Assembly: GCA_017427945.1 (NCBI GenBank)
Contig: JAFRRT010000021.1
Coordinates: forward strand, 2,259 to 66,258
DNA: 64,000 nt
From: Muribaculaceae bacterium
Lineage (GTDB): Bacteria > Bacteroidota > Bacteroidia > Bacteroidales > Muribaculaceae
Direction of reading: 5' to 3'
Part shown: positions 1 to 8,828 of the stretch, piece by piece
Layout of the letters: every line of letters starts with the position of its first letter
Numbering within the stretch: the stretch's first letter is position 1
Notes under the pieces: model-generated
What the model was told of the DNA's origin: nothing
The model's database searches: none
The model's input: the letters and a program-made list of their open reading frames with translations, nothing else
Position numbers and translations under genes: made by a program

Positions 1-324
1 CGCATGCTCACCGCACGCGAGGTGCTCATGGACTTCGGCGCTTGCCAGAACGACCTGATGACCTACACCATGCCGCAGATTGCCATCATTAACGAGGGCA
101 TCTACCAGGTGCTGGAGCTAGGCGTTGACCGGAAAGCCGTGGACGTCGTGGGACGCAACCTGGTGCGCTACATCCAGTGGATGTTGGGTAACGGTCGCCA
201 AGAGGCCATCGCCCACTTCGCCTCATTCTTTGAAAACGCCACCTACCCCAATGCCAACGCCTTCATCATGATGGACTGCCGCGAGGCACTGACGCTCATT
301 AACCAGATGATCAACGACCTATGA
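1..324 (+). CDS. C-terminal fragment of a protein truncated by the window edge; probably the AAA+ ATPase partner of the downstream DUF2201/vWA protein
   Basis: Open frame from base 1 to TGA at 322-324, overlapping the next ATG (ATGA). The function is inferred only from the usual ATPase + DUF2201-vWA pairing; no motif is visible in the fragment. Confidence 0.5.
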   Translation, partial: RMLTAREVLMDFGACQNDLMTYTMPQIAIINEGIYQVLELGVDRKAVDVVGRNLVRYIQWMLGNGRQEAIAHFASFFENATYPNANAFIMMDCREALTLINQMINDL

Positions 325-1508
325 CCGTAGGCGAGCGCATAAAAGCCATCTCTCAGGACTGGTTCCTCACCGAGCCGCTCATGTTTGCCGTGCTGTGTAC
401 CCATGCGCTGAAGCGCAACGACAACATGGGGTGCGACATGCGCTGCGGCAAGGGACTCATCGAGTACAACCCCGAGCGGTTGGAGCATTTCGATGACAAC
501 CAGCTGGGGCTCAGGCTCAAGGCCGAGGTGCTGCGCATCATCCTCAAGCATCCCTACCAGCGACAACCCTACAACCCGCGTCGCGATGTGATGCGCCTGT
601 CGAGTGACCTCACCTTGTGTGACAACCTAGAGGGCATGGACACCGTGGGGCTGGAGCCGCCAAGCATCTTCAACGTTCCCAGGGACCAGGCCTTTGAGCA
701 GTACTACTCGCTCATGGCAGGGCAAATCATGCAGATTGAGCAGGATGCCGATGGCGAAGGTATCCCCATGGATATGGGCGGTGAAGGCAATGGCGAGGGT
801 AACGGTGACCTGACCGATAGCCTGCTGGATGCCGATGCAGGAGCCTCGTTGTGGGAAGAGGACGAACTGATGAGCGAGAAGGTTAATCACGAGATTGAGA
901 CGGCCCAACGCTGCAACCAGTGGGGTTCGTTGAGCGGAGACCTGCGTACCCTCATCGAAAGCACCTTGATCAGCAAGCAGAACTTCCGCGCCATCCTCAG
1001 CCAGTTTCGTGCGAGCATCCTGAGCACCAAGCGCCACCTCACACGCATGCGCCCCAACCGCCGCTATGGCTTTGACGCCATGGGCAGCCAGTATGCCTAT
1101 AGCACTCGACTGCTCGTCGCCGTTGACGTGAGCGGCAGCGTCCCCGACGAGGACATCAAGAAATTCCTTGCCGTCATCAACCGCTTCTTCAAGCAGGGCA
1201 TCGAACAAATTGAGGTCATCGAGTTTGACAGCAAAATCACGACCGAAAAGCCCGTCCTGCTCAAGCAAGCCACCAACAACATCCGCGTCACAGGCCGTGG
1301 CGGCACCGACTTCCAGCCCGCCATCGACTTCTATTACGAGCACGAGGAATATGACGGACTGGTGTTCCTCACCGACGGCTATGCCCCCACACCCAAACTG
1401 CCCGACGACAAGCGCCACAAGCCCCTGGCTTGGATATTGACCACCAACGGTGGCAATGAGGACAACCTCAAGCCCTTCGGCCCGATAGTACGCATCGCCG
1501 GACTGTAA
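321..1508 (+). CDS. DUF2201-type putative metallopeptidase-like N-domain + C-terminal vWA-like domain protein
   Basis: vWA MIDAS motif AVDVSGS, plus GRGGTDF and LVFLTDGY. Acidic/Gly linker. The N-domain has AEVLR where HExxH would be expected. Confidence 0.85.
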   Translation: MTVGERIKAISQDWFLTEPLMFAVLCTHALKRNDNMGCDMRCGKGLIEYNPERLEHFDDNQLGLRLKAEVLRIILKHPYQRQPYNPRRDVMRLSSDLTLCDNLEGMDTVGLEPPSIFNVPRDQAFEQYYSLMAGQIMQIEQDADGEGIPMDMGGEGNGEGNGDLTDSLLDADAGASLWEEDELMSEKVNHEIETAQRCNQWGSLSGDLRTLIESTLISKQNFRAILSQFRASILSTKRHLTRMRPNRRYGFDAMGSQYAYSTRLLVAVDVSGSVPDEDIKKFLAVINRFFKQGIEQIEVIEFDSKITTEKPVLLKQATNNIRVTGRGGTDFQPAIDFYYEHEEYDGLVFLTDGYAPTPKLPDDKRHKPLAWILTTNGGNEDNLKPFGPIVRIAGL

Positions 1509-1539
1509 TCCACCCTGCCGTTTTTCCCTTAATTGTATC

Positions 1540-1592
1540 ACCCCCCTTGGAGAACTCGGAGGTCGCAGAGAACTCAGAGCACTCCAAGGGGG
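1540..1592 (+). terminator. Stem-loop after the DUF2201/vWA gene
   Basis: CCCCCCTTGGAG ... CTCCAAGGGGG inverted repeat enclosing GAGAACTC repeats. Confidence 0.5.
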
Positions 1593-1604
1593 TTACTGTC
1601 TAAT

Positions 1605-1632
1605 GCCTAAAACCTAACGCCTAAAGCCTATA
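1605..1632. repeat. Heptamer tandem array (GCCTAAA ACCTAAC GCCTAAA GCCTATA)
   Basis: Read directly from the sequence; 7-bp periodicity. Confidence 0.7.
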
Positions 1633-1691
1633 ATAAAGGCAAATAAATGTGAAAACTTCGTCTCTTTTTTTGTCCTGTCCGAAACTTGCAC

Positions 1692-1699
1692 TATTTTTG
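1692..1699 (+). promoter_or_regulatory. Bacteroidetes sigma-A -7 box (TATTTTTG) upstream of the tubulin/actin cluster
   Basis: Matches the TAnnTTTG consensus in an AT-rich intergenic region, 45 bp before the ATG at 1744. Confidence 0.6.
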
Positions 1700-1743
1700 C
1701 AGTATATATAATATAATTTGTATTATTCGCAGTTTAAGAAAGA

Positions 1744-3201
1744 ATGAATCACAGAAATATCAGACGATTAGTCACCCTGCTGCTGGGAGCATCTTTCCTG
1801 GCATGTTTATGTGCGTGCGGCGGTCACGGCCAGTTGGAAAAAGCCGTGAGGTCGGCGCTGGTGAGGGGCGACACGACACAGGCAGTCTATGACTCCCTGT
1901 GCTCGATTGTTACCGACAACCCCGGGAAATACAGCGACCTTGTCACGCCCGAGGGCAAGTTGGACCACAAGAAAATGTCAGAATACATCGCTGACTTGGG
2001 CTCGCACCTGCGTCCGCCCATTTATTGGGACACCCGTCGCTATGGCGGTGTCGAGAACCTGTCGCTGACCATCTATTTTGAGCGCAGCGGCTCGATGGTT
2101 CCTTATGACCAGCGTGGCGGAGGCGGCCAGCTGAAGAAGGCCGTTAACGACCTGATTAACCACTTCCCTGCCGGGAGCAAGGTGGACATCAACATCGTGA
2201 ACGACGGCATCTACCCCTACCAGCACACCGTTGACGAGTTCCTGAAAGACCGTGACATCTACCAGAGCACAGCGGGTATCGGCGATGCCAGCTATACCGA
2301 CTTCCAGCTGATTTTCAACAAGATTCTGGAAGCACAACGCCCCGGCAACGTGAGTGTGCTGGTGAGCGACATGATTTATTCGCCCGAAGACACCCACGGC
2401 GTGAGTCTGGACAAGATTTTCAACGAAGAGAACAGCCTCGCTACCCGCGTATTTGCCCGCTACAAGGGCAAGAGCGTGGTGGTGCAGCAGTTCATGGGCG
2501 ACTATAGCGGCAAATATTATCCCTATAACGGCGTGCCGTTCAACTACAGCGGTAAGCGCCCGTTCTATCTGGTGATTATCGCCGACAGCGAGGTGATGGA
2601 CCAGTTGGCCCAGGACAAGCGCTACAGTGGTGTACTCGACGCACCGGGTATCAGAAACAGCTATCGCTTTAACCAAGTCACGAGCGAGGTGCCTTGCCGT
2701 GTGCTTCCCGAATGGAAAGACAACGCAGGACGCTTCCGTGTGAAACACGGCGACGACATTGTGTTGACCAAGTGCCAGGGCGACCGCCAGACCGGCAAGC
2801 TGTGTTTCTCGATGGCTGCCGATCTGAGCGGCCTGATGGCCAATGACGCGTTGCTGACCAATGCCGACAACTATGACGTGCAGAGCATCGACGGTTACAC
2901 CCTTGTGATTAACCCCGTCGATAAGAGCATGTTCACGGCCAACAACAAGGAGTACCTCGAAGGGATGACCCACGTGCTCACGCTCACTGGAGACTTCAAG
3001 AGCCCGCGCGACGAGGTGCGCATCTCGCTGCGCAACAACCTGCCCGACTGGGTTCGCCAGTCCTCAAGCGACAACGACACCCAGGCCGATGGCTCGTTTG
3101 CCACAACGACCTTGGGCCTGGAGCAGCTGTTAGGTGGCATGTTTGACGCGATGAAGGGCGGCAGCAGCTACTTTGACGTGACCATCAACCTACAACGATA
3201 A
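1744..3201 (+). CDS. Lipoprotein with a vWA-like domain
   Basis: Signal peptide with lipobox-like LCAC-GG. IYFERSGSM resembles MIDAS DxSxS with E in place of D, and VLVSDM is the downstream MIDAS-type Asp strand. Confidence 0.7.
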   Translation: MNHRNIRRLVTLLLGASFLACLCACGGHGQLEKAVRSALVRGDTTQAVYDSLCSIVTDNPGKYSDLVTPEGKLDHKKMSEYIADLGSHLRPPIYWDTRRYGGVENLSLTIYFERSGSMVPYDQRGGGGQLKKAVNDLINHFPAGSKVDINIVNDGIYPYQHTVDEFLKDRDIYQSTAGIGDASYTDFQLIFNKILEAQRPGNVSVLVSDMIYSPEDTHGVSLDKIFNEENSLATRVFARYKGKSVVVQQFMGDYSGKYYPYNGVPFNYSGKRPFYLVIIADSEVMDQLAQDKRYSGVLDAPGIRNSYRFNQVTSEVPCRVLPEWKDNAGRFRVKHGDDIVLTKCQGDRQTGKLCFSMAADLSGLMANDALLTNADNYDVQSIDGYTLVINPVDKSMFTANNKEYLEGMTHVLTLTGDFKSPRDEVRISLRNNLPDWVRQSSSDNDTQADGSFATTTLGLEQLLGGMFDAMKGGSSYFDVTINLQR

Positions 3202-3280
3202 TAAATTAGTAGTTAGGAGTTGTTTGATTATCCAACTCGATGACTAAAAACTAGGGATTAGAAAATAGAAACTGAACGAT

Positions 3281-3736
3281 ATGAAACATCTGGTATATTT
3301 AATTATTGGCATCGCGCTGACCGTGCTGTTCTTCATCCTGAGCTGCACCGACGGCTTCAACATCTGGGAGCAGATGTTCTTCAACCAGGGCTACAACGAC
3401 AAGATGTTCAGCCTGGACATGTATCCCGTGATTGCCGCCATCACCATCCTCGTGGCTTGGGGTGGCGCCGCCATCTATTATTACGCCATCAACTCGGTGA
3501 AGTTCGACCGCTGGTACCATTGGCTTGCCGTCATGGGCGTTGTCGTAGTGCTGGCTCCCGTGGTGTGCTACATTTACAACGACACCGTATTTGCCAACAA
3601 CGGTCTGATGTACGTCGGCGAGTCCATCAAGTTTGAGATGCAGACGGTACTGTTTGCAGCACTGCTCTATATCGTCGCCTCCTACTCGATGCGCTGGTGG
3701 AGCAGCAACTGCCGCCACACCCCGCTGCCCCAGTAA
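3281..3736 (+). CDS. Small multi-pass membrane protein (hypothetical)
   Basis: 151 aa with about 4 hydrophobic segments, co-directional within the cluster. Confidence 0.75.
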   Translation: MKHLVYLIIGIALTVLFFILSCTDGFNIWEQMFFNQGYNDKMFSLDMYPVIAAITILVAWGGAAIYYYAINSVKFDRWYHWLAVMGVVVVLAPVVCYIYNDTVFANNGLMYVGESIKFEMQTVLFAALLYIVASYSMRWWSSNCRHTPLPQ

Positions 3737-3745
3737 ACAAGTCAA

Positions 3746-3772
3746 GTGTGTCGTGGCGCTGCCACGACATAC
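3746..3772 (+). other. Intra-operon stem-loop without a U-tract
   Basis: GTGTGTCGTGGC-GCT-GCCACGACATAC forms a 12-bp stem (one G-U pair). Confidence 0.6.
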
Positions 3773-3807
3773 ACAACAACAATCAGATAAACAACTAAGA
3801 ACCAAAT

Positions 3808-5331
3808 ATGAGACTTTTCTTATTTGCTATTGGCGGAACCGGCTCGAGGGTACTGAAGTCCCTGCTGATGTTATCGGCAGCGGGCGCCAGGCCCCTTGAC
3901 GAGAACGGCAAGCCGCTGAAAGACCTTGAGATTGTGCCTGTCATCATTGACCCCCACAAGGCCAACGAGGACCTGAAGCGCACCGAGGCGCTGCTGAACG
4001 ATTACCGCGAAATCAGGCAGAAGCTATACGGCAACGACCCCAACGCTGAGGGATTCTTTGCCAACCGCATTGTCACCCTGCGCGAGATCATGAGCAACAC
4101 AAGTGTGACGCTTGGCGACACGTTCATCTTCAACCTGGGTGCTGTAGAGAACAGCAAGTTCCGTGAGTTCATCGGCTTTGACACGATGAACGAGGCCAAC
4201 CAGGCGCTGACGTCGCTGCTGTTTGCCAACTACCAGTTGGAGAACAAAATGAACATCGGCTTCGTGGGCAGTCCCAACATCGGTAGCGTAGCGCTGAACG
4301 AAATCAAGGACAGCAATGAGTTCAAGGCCTTCAGCAATATCTTCCGCCAGGGAGACCGCATCTTCTTCATCAGTTCCATCTTTGGTGGCACCGGTGCAGC
4401 AGGTTTCCCCATCATGGTGAAGAACATTCGCCAAGCCGCCAACCTAGAAGGCATCGAGAACCGCGACGCCTTGAGCCGTGCGCCCATCGGCGGCCTGACG
4501 GTGCTCCCCTATTTCACCCTCGAAGGCAACAAGCATGACCAGCGCATCGCCACCAGCGACTTCATCGTCAAGACACAGAGTGCGCTGTACTACTATAAGA
4601 ATACGCTCACGGGTGCCAACGACAGCAATGTCAACAGCATCTACTACCTGGGCGACCAGGTGAGGTCGAAGCCCTACCTGTATGACCCGGGAGAGCACGG
4701 CCAGCGCAACAACGCCCACCTCATTGAGCTGATTGGCGCATTGGCACCTCTAGACTTCCTCGGCATGCCTGAGAGCAAACTCACCGACCCCGACGGTTTC
4801 CCGCTGCCCACAACGGCCTATGAGTATGCCCTGGCCAGCGATGAGCTGTCAGTCAACTTCCTGACACTGGGTCGTCGCACCCGCCAACTCATCTATGAGC
4901 CCCTGAGCAAGTTCCACCTGCTGTTCCTGTTCCTGACCACAGGTTTCAAGAACATTATCGGACAAGGTTTCACAGAGGATGTGCCGAAGATCAAGAGCGA
5001 CTTCCTGGCTTCACAGTTCTACCGCACACTGGTTGACCACTTCATGGAAGGTTATGCCCAATGGCTCACCGAGATGAACGACAACATGCGCAGCGTGGCG
5101 CTGTTCAAACCCGGCGAAATCGACATGTCGCATGCCATCGAGGGTGTGAACGTGCGCAAGCGCATGCTCGGCCACTACAAGGTGGACAATGACGTCCTCA
5201 AGAGCGAGATGAACCGCCTGAGCAAGAACAACCCGAGCTACAGCGACCGCTCGGTGGAATTTAAGTTGCTGGACCTGTTCAACCAGGCTGCCCACAACGT
5301 GTTCATCGAACGCTACGAGAATATTAATTAG
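3808..5331 (+). CDS. Divergent FtsZ/tubulin-superfamily protein (tubulin-like GTPase; not cell-division FtsZ)
   Basis: N-terminal AIGGTGSRV (T1 loop), GFVGSPNIG (T3-like) and SSIFGGTGAAG (T4 tubulin-signature-like), followed by GLTVLPYF. 507 aa, with no FtsZ C-terminal peptide. Confidence 0.85.
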   Translation: MRLFLFAIGGTGSRVLKSLLMLSAAGARPLDENGKPLKDLEIVPVIIDPHKANEDLKRTEALLNDYREIRQKLYGNDPNAEGFFANRIVTLREIMSNTSVTLGDTFIFNLGAVENSKFREFIGFDTMNEANQALTSLLFANYQLENKMNIGFVGSPNIGSVALNEIKDSNEFKAFSNIFRQGDRIFFISSIFGGTGAAGFPIMVKNIRQAANLEGIENRDALSRAPIGGLTVLPYFTLEGNKHDQRIATSDFIVKTQSALYYYKNTLTGANDSNVNSIYYLGDQVRSKPYLYDPGEHGQRNNAHLIELIGALAPLDFLGMPESKLTDPDGFPLPTTAYEYALASDELSVNFLTLGRRTRQLIYEPLSKFHLLFLFLTTGFKNIIGQGFTEDVPKIKSDFLASQFYRTLVDHFMEGYAQWLTEMNDNMRSVALFKPGEIDMSHAIEGVNVRKRMLGHYKVDNDVLKSEMNRLSKNNPSYSDRSVEFKLLDLFNQAAHNVFIERYENIN

Positions 5332-5363
5332 GCTTTAGATATCAGACTATAATATCATCAACA

Positions 5364-8300
5364 ATGAGCGAGATATTATCCTATAACAACAGCACGTCGA
5401 AGAACGGCGAAGAGGACTGGATTGCACATGCCCCTTACAGCGATGACGACATCGCGCGCATCAAGGATCCCGATGGTGGCTTGAGCGAGAACCCGCGCAC
5501 CGCCATTCCCAGCCCATTGGCTCAACTCGACCTGGTGAAGAACGCCTTCAAGCAGCTGGCCAACGACCACCTGCGCGGTGCACGCATGAACGAGCGCCTA
5601 GTCTCCAATGCGCTCGACGTGGCACAATTGTTCTTTGACTACGAGAACCATAAAGACTACCTGCGCATCATCAGGTGGAACCGCGAGGAATGCATCGAGC
5701 AGTTAAAGTCCAATCCGCAGCACCGCCTCTACGGCGAGACGTTGGACCTGTTCCTGCGCAGCGACAAGGTCTATAACTTTGACCTGCTGAAGGACTGGTA
5801 CATCATCATGTGGGACCGCAAGGTGCTGGGCGGAACATCTCCGGCATCGGTTGTGATGGCGGCTCCTGCCGTTGGCGTCATCGACGACATCAAAGTGGAG
5901 CAAGGCGTAAGCCTGTTCAGCGAGACACGGCACCTGTGGCAGCGCGACGAGGACTTCGTCTTCTACATGTACCTGCTGATGAATGCCTACCCCACGCTGA
6001 GGTTGCATTGCGGCGAGGTTTATGCCTATATGCAGAAGAACCTCGAGCCGTTGCGCGCCAACCGTCCCGAACTATATAGCCGCCTGACCACCGTCATTCC
6101 CAACCTTGACGCCCTCGACGAAGGACGTGCCAGCACGGTGCTGGAGCAGTTGGAACACAACTATGACCCGTTTGGTGGCGGCATCGACGTGAGTGTGCTT
6201 GGCGCACGCTTCTACCACAAGCGCGCCCTCGACATCCAGTCGGCAGCCAGTGAAAGCGACTTTGTCATCGCTCCCACCATGCCCCAGACCAAGAAGGAAT
6301 TGCCGCTGGCCCTGGTCAACGGCTTCAACGGCAGCGTGGAGCACTTCCGCTACATCGACAAGGAATGGGACAGCGCCACCCAGGTATATGCCAACGGCCA
6401 ACCCTTGAGCGAGCGCAAGCTGCCCGATACCTCGATACAATATCCGTTTGTCACCACCAACGATTTCTTGACCGACACCATCGTCAGGTTGGACAGCGGG
6501 TGCGTCATCGATACCGACCACTTCTTTGACGGCAACCTCAAGCCGCGCACGCCGCAGCCCACCTGCGGCTATCTGCTGCCCTTGAAACCGTTGCTGTTCA
6601 CCTACTTTGACACCGCCTACCTAAAAGGCACCGTCGCCGGCCGCCACGTGATTGACATCGAGGAGTTTGCCGACGGCAGCGTGATGGTCACCCTGCGCAT
6701 CAGGGTGAAGAAAGGCGAGAACCGCTACATCGAGATGTCCCGCAAGTACTTCCCCATCAACGACCACACCTGGTCGTTTGACGAGCGGCGCGGAACAGGC
6801 CGTGTGGTAGGGACCACCCTTTCGACCTCGATATTCCCGTTTGTCAAGACCGACGCCAACGACGACTATACCGTCGAACTGTTCACGATGATTGAGAACG
6901 GCGGAGCCACACTGCGCTTCTACAAGGATGGCATGAAGACCGAAGGGTTGAACGTCAGGGACGCTGACCGTTCACACTCGGGCTACAGCACGACCTACTA
7001 CGATGTGGACGGCTCGTTTGACTATATCGACGTCAGCGTAATGAACCACTTGGGACGCTTTGGAGGTATGATTATCCCGCAATGGAAACCTTACAACCCG
7101 AGCGCCAAGGAATTGATATTTGCTGTGGACTTCGGCACGACCAATACCCACGTAGAGTGGGCCGAGCGAGGCCAGCCTTCACAGCCTTTCACCTTTGAAT
7201 ACGGCTCCAATCAAGTGCTTGTAGCTTCGTTGCACAAGCCCCGCTCGCTGGAGTATGCCGAGCAGGTTCAGCGCGTGGAATTTGTGCCGCGCGAGATTGA
7301 CAACGTCTATGGTTTCCCGCTGCGCTCCACCCTGGCGCGCAACGAGAACAGCGGCGTGGGCAGCAACCTGTTCAGCGACGTGAACATCCCGTTCCTGTAT
7401 GAGCGCCGCTATTTCCACGGCTATGAGGTGACCACCAACCTGAAGTGGAAAGGCGATACCGAGCTGGCAAAAGCCTTCCTGCGTGAGCTCACCCTGCTCA
7501 TCAAGGCCAAAGCCCTGCTTGAAAATGCCGACCTGCGACGCACCGAAATCGTATACTTCTATCCCGTAAGCATGGGCGGCGCTGACCGCGACACGCTGGA
7601 GCGCACATGGAGTGAACTGTTCAACACCTACATTGGTGCCGACAGCGACCGCCTGCGTTCCTACCCCGAGAGCCTCGCTCCCGCCTATTACTACAGCGGA
7701 GCTGAGGTAGCAGGCAGCAGCTATGTGTCTATCGACATCGGCGGCGGCACCTGCGACACGGTAATTTATCAGCCCACGAGCGACAGAATGAGCAGTGAGC
7801 CTGTGGCCATCTCCTCATTCCGCTTTGCCGGCAACGCCATCTTTGGTGACGGCTTTACCGACAAGGATGCCGACAACAACCCGTTGCTGCAGCACTATAC
7901 GCGCTACTTCAAGCAGCTCATCGAGAATGACAAGGGCAACAACATCGCTTACCTGGGCAGCATTCTGAACGACATCATGGCCCAGAAGCGCAGCGAGGAC
8001 ATCAATGCCTTCCTGTTCTCGATTGAGAATGTCGAGGAGCTGCGCTCGCTGCGTGAAATTGACCGCAACCTGTACAGCTACAATGCCCTGTTGCGTAACG
8101 ACAGCCAGCGGCGCCTCATCTTCATGTACTTCTACACGGCCATCATCTATTACATCGCCATGGCGATGAAGCAGCGTGGCTACGAGATGCCCAAGCAGAT
8201 TTACTTCTCGGGCACCGGCAGCAAGATTCTGAACATCCTAGGCTCACACAGCCGCATCAACATGCTCACACAGACCATCATCGAGCGTGTCTTTGACAAG

Positions 8301-8807
8301 CAATACACCGAGCTGTTTGAAATCAAGCAGGAGAACCAGTGTCCCAAGCAAATCACCTGCCGCGGTGGTATCAAACTCGAGAACAGGCGCCTTGAAGGTC
8401 AAGCCGATGTCAGCCGCTACAATGCCACTAGCGTGAAGCGCATGCGCTACTGCTGCTCGATGGTAGGCGAGGACGACCTGACGATGGCCCAAGTGGAATC
8501 TATCGAAGTGCGTGACCGCCTTGTTGAGCAAGTCAAGGTATTCAACCAATTCTTTGTCAACCTGTGTGATGCGGTTGTCAAGGATGAGTTCGGCATCGAG
8601 AACAACGTGCTGAGGCTCTTCGAGAGCGTGCTGAGCGACAACCTCGCCAACTACCTCACGGCTGGCATCAACACGTTCCTGAAAGGCCGATACAATGCCA
8701 ACGACGTGATTGAGGATGTGCCGTTCTTCTACCCGATTATCGGTGTCATCCGCCACAATCTGCTCAAGAACATGCGCAACGACATCATCAGCAAGTTTAA
8801 CCAATAA
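5364..8807 (+). CDS. Large protein with a C-terminal actin/Hsp70-fold ATPase domain (SrfB-like architecture)
   Basis: AVDFGTTNTH (phosphate 1), YPESLAP (connect 1), SIDIGGGTCD (phosphate 2) and YFSGTGSK (adenosine motif). The ~580-aa N-terminal region is unassigned. Confidence 0.8.
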   Translation: MSEILSYNNSTSKNGEEDWIAHAPYSDDDIARIKDPDGGLSENPRTAIPSPLAQLDLVKNAFKQLANDHLRGARMNERLVSNALDVAQLFFDYENHKDYLRIIRWNREECIEQLKSNPQHRLYGETLDLFLRSDKVYNFDLLKDWYIIMWDRKVLGGTSPASVVMAAPAVGVIDDIKVEQGVSLFSETRHLWQRDEDFVFYMYLLMNAYPTLRLHCGEVYAYMQKNLEPLRANRPELYSRLTTVIPNLDALDEGRASTVLEQLEHNYDPFGGGIDVSVLGARFYHKRALDIQSAASESDFVIAPTMPQTKKELPLALVNGFNGSVEHFRYIDKEWDSATQVYANGQPLSERKLPDTSIQYPFVTTNDFLTDTIVRLDSGCVIDTDHFFDGNLKPRTPQPTCGYLLPLKPLLFTYFDTAYLKGTVAGRHVIDIEEFADGSVMVTLRIRVKKGENRYIEMSRKYFPINDHTWSFDERRGTGRVVGTTLSTSIFPFVKTDANDDYTVELFTMIENGGATLRFYKDGMKTEGLNVRDADRSHSGYSTTYYDVDGSFDYIDVSVMNHLGRFGGMIIPQWKPYNPSAKELIFAVDFGTTNTHVEWAERGQPSQPFTFEYGSNQVLVASLHKPRSLEYAEQVQRVEFVPREIDNVYGFPLRSTLARNENSGVGSNLFSDVNIPFLYERRYFHGYEVTTNLKWKGDTELAKAFLRELTLLIKAKALLENADLRRTEIVYFYPVSMGGADRDTLERTWSELFNTYIGADSDRLRSYPESLAPAYYYSGAEVAGSSYVSIDIGGGTCDTVIYQPTSDRMSSEPVAISSFRFAGNAIFGDGFTDKDADNNPLLQHYTRYFKQLIENDKGNNIAYLGSILNDIMAQKRSEDINAFLFSIENVEELRSLREIDRNLYSYNALLRNDSQRRLIFMYFYTAIIYYIAMAMKQRGYEMPKQIYFSGTGSKILNILGSHSRINMLTQTIIERVFDKQYTELFEIKQENQCPKQITCRGGIKLENRRLEGQADVSRYNATSVKRMRYCCSMVGEDDLTMAQVESIEVRDRLVEQVKVFNQFFVNLCDAVVKDEFGIENNVLRLFESVLSDNLANYLTAGINTFLKGRYNANDVIEDVPFFYPIIGVIRHNLLKNMRNDIISKFNQ

Positions 8808-8828
8808 TCATATCAATCTCAAGAAGTT

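Noticed and set aside
3808-5331. Calling this gene ftsZ
   Set aside because: It lacks dcw-cluster context and the FtsZ C-terminal peptide, and its signature motifs diverge from canonical FtsZ.
5364-8807. Calling this gene dnaK, mreB or ftsA
   Set aside because: Only the generic actin-fold motifs match; size and domain layout do not fit those families.
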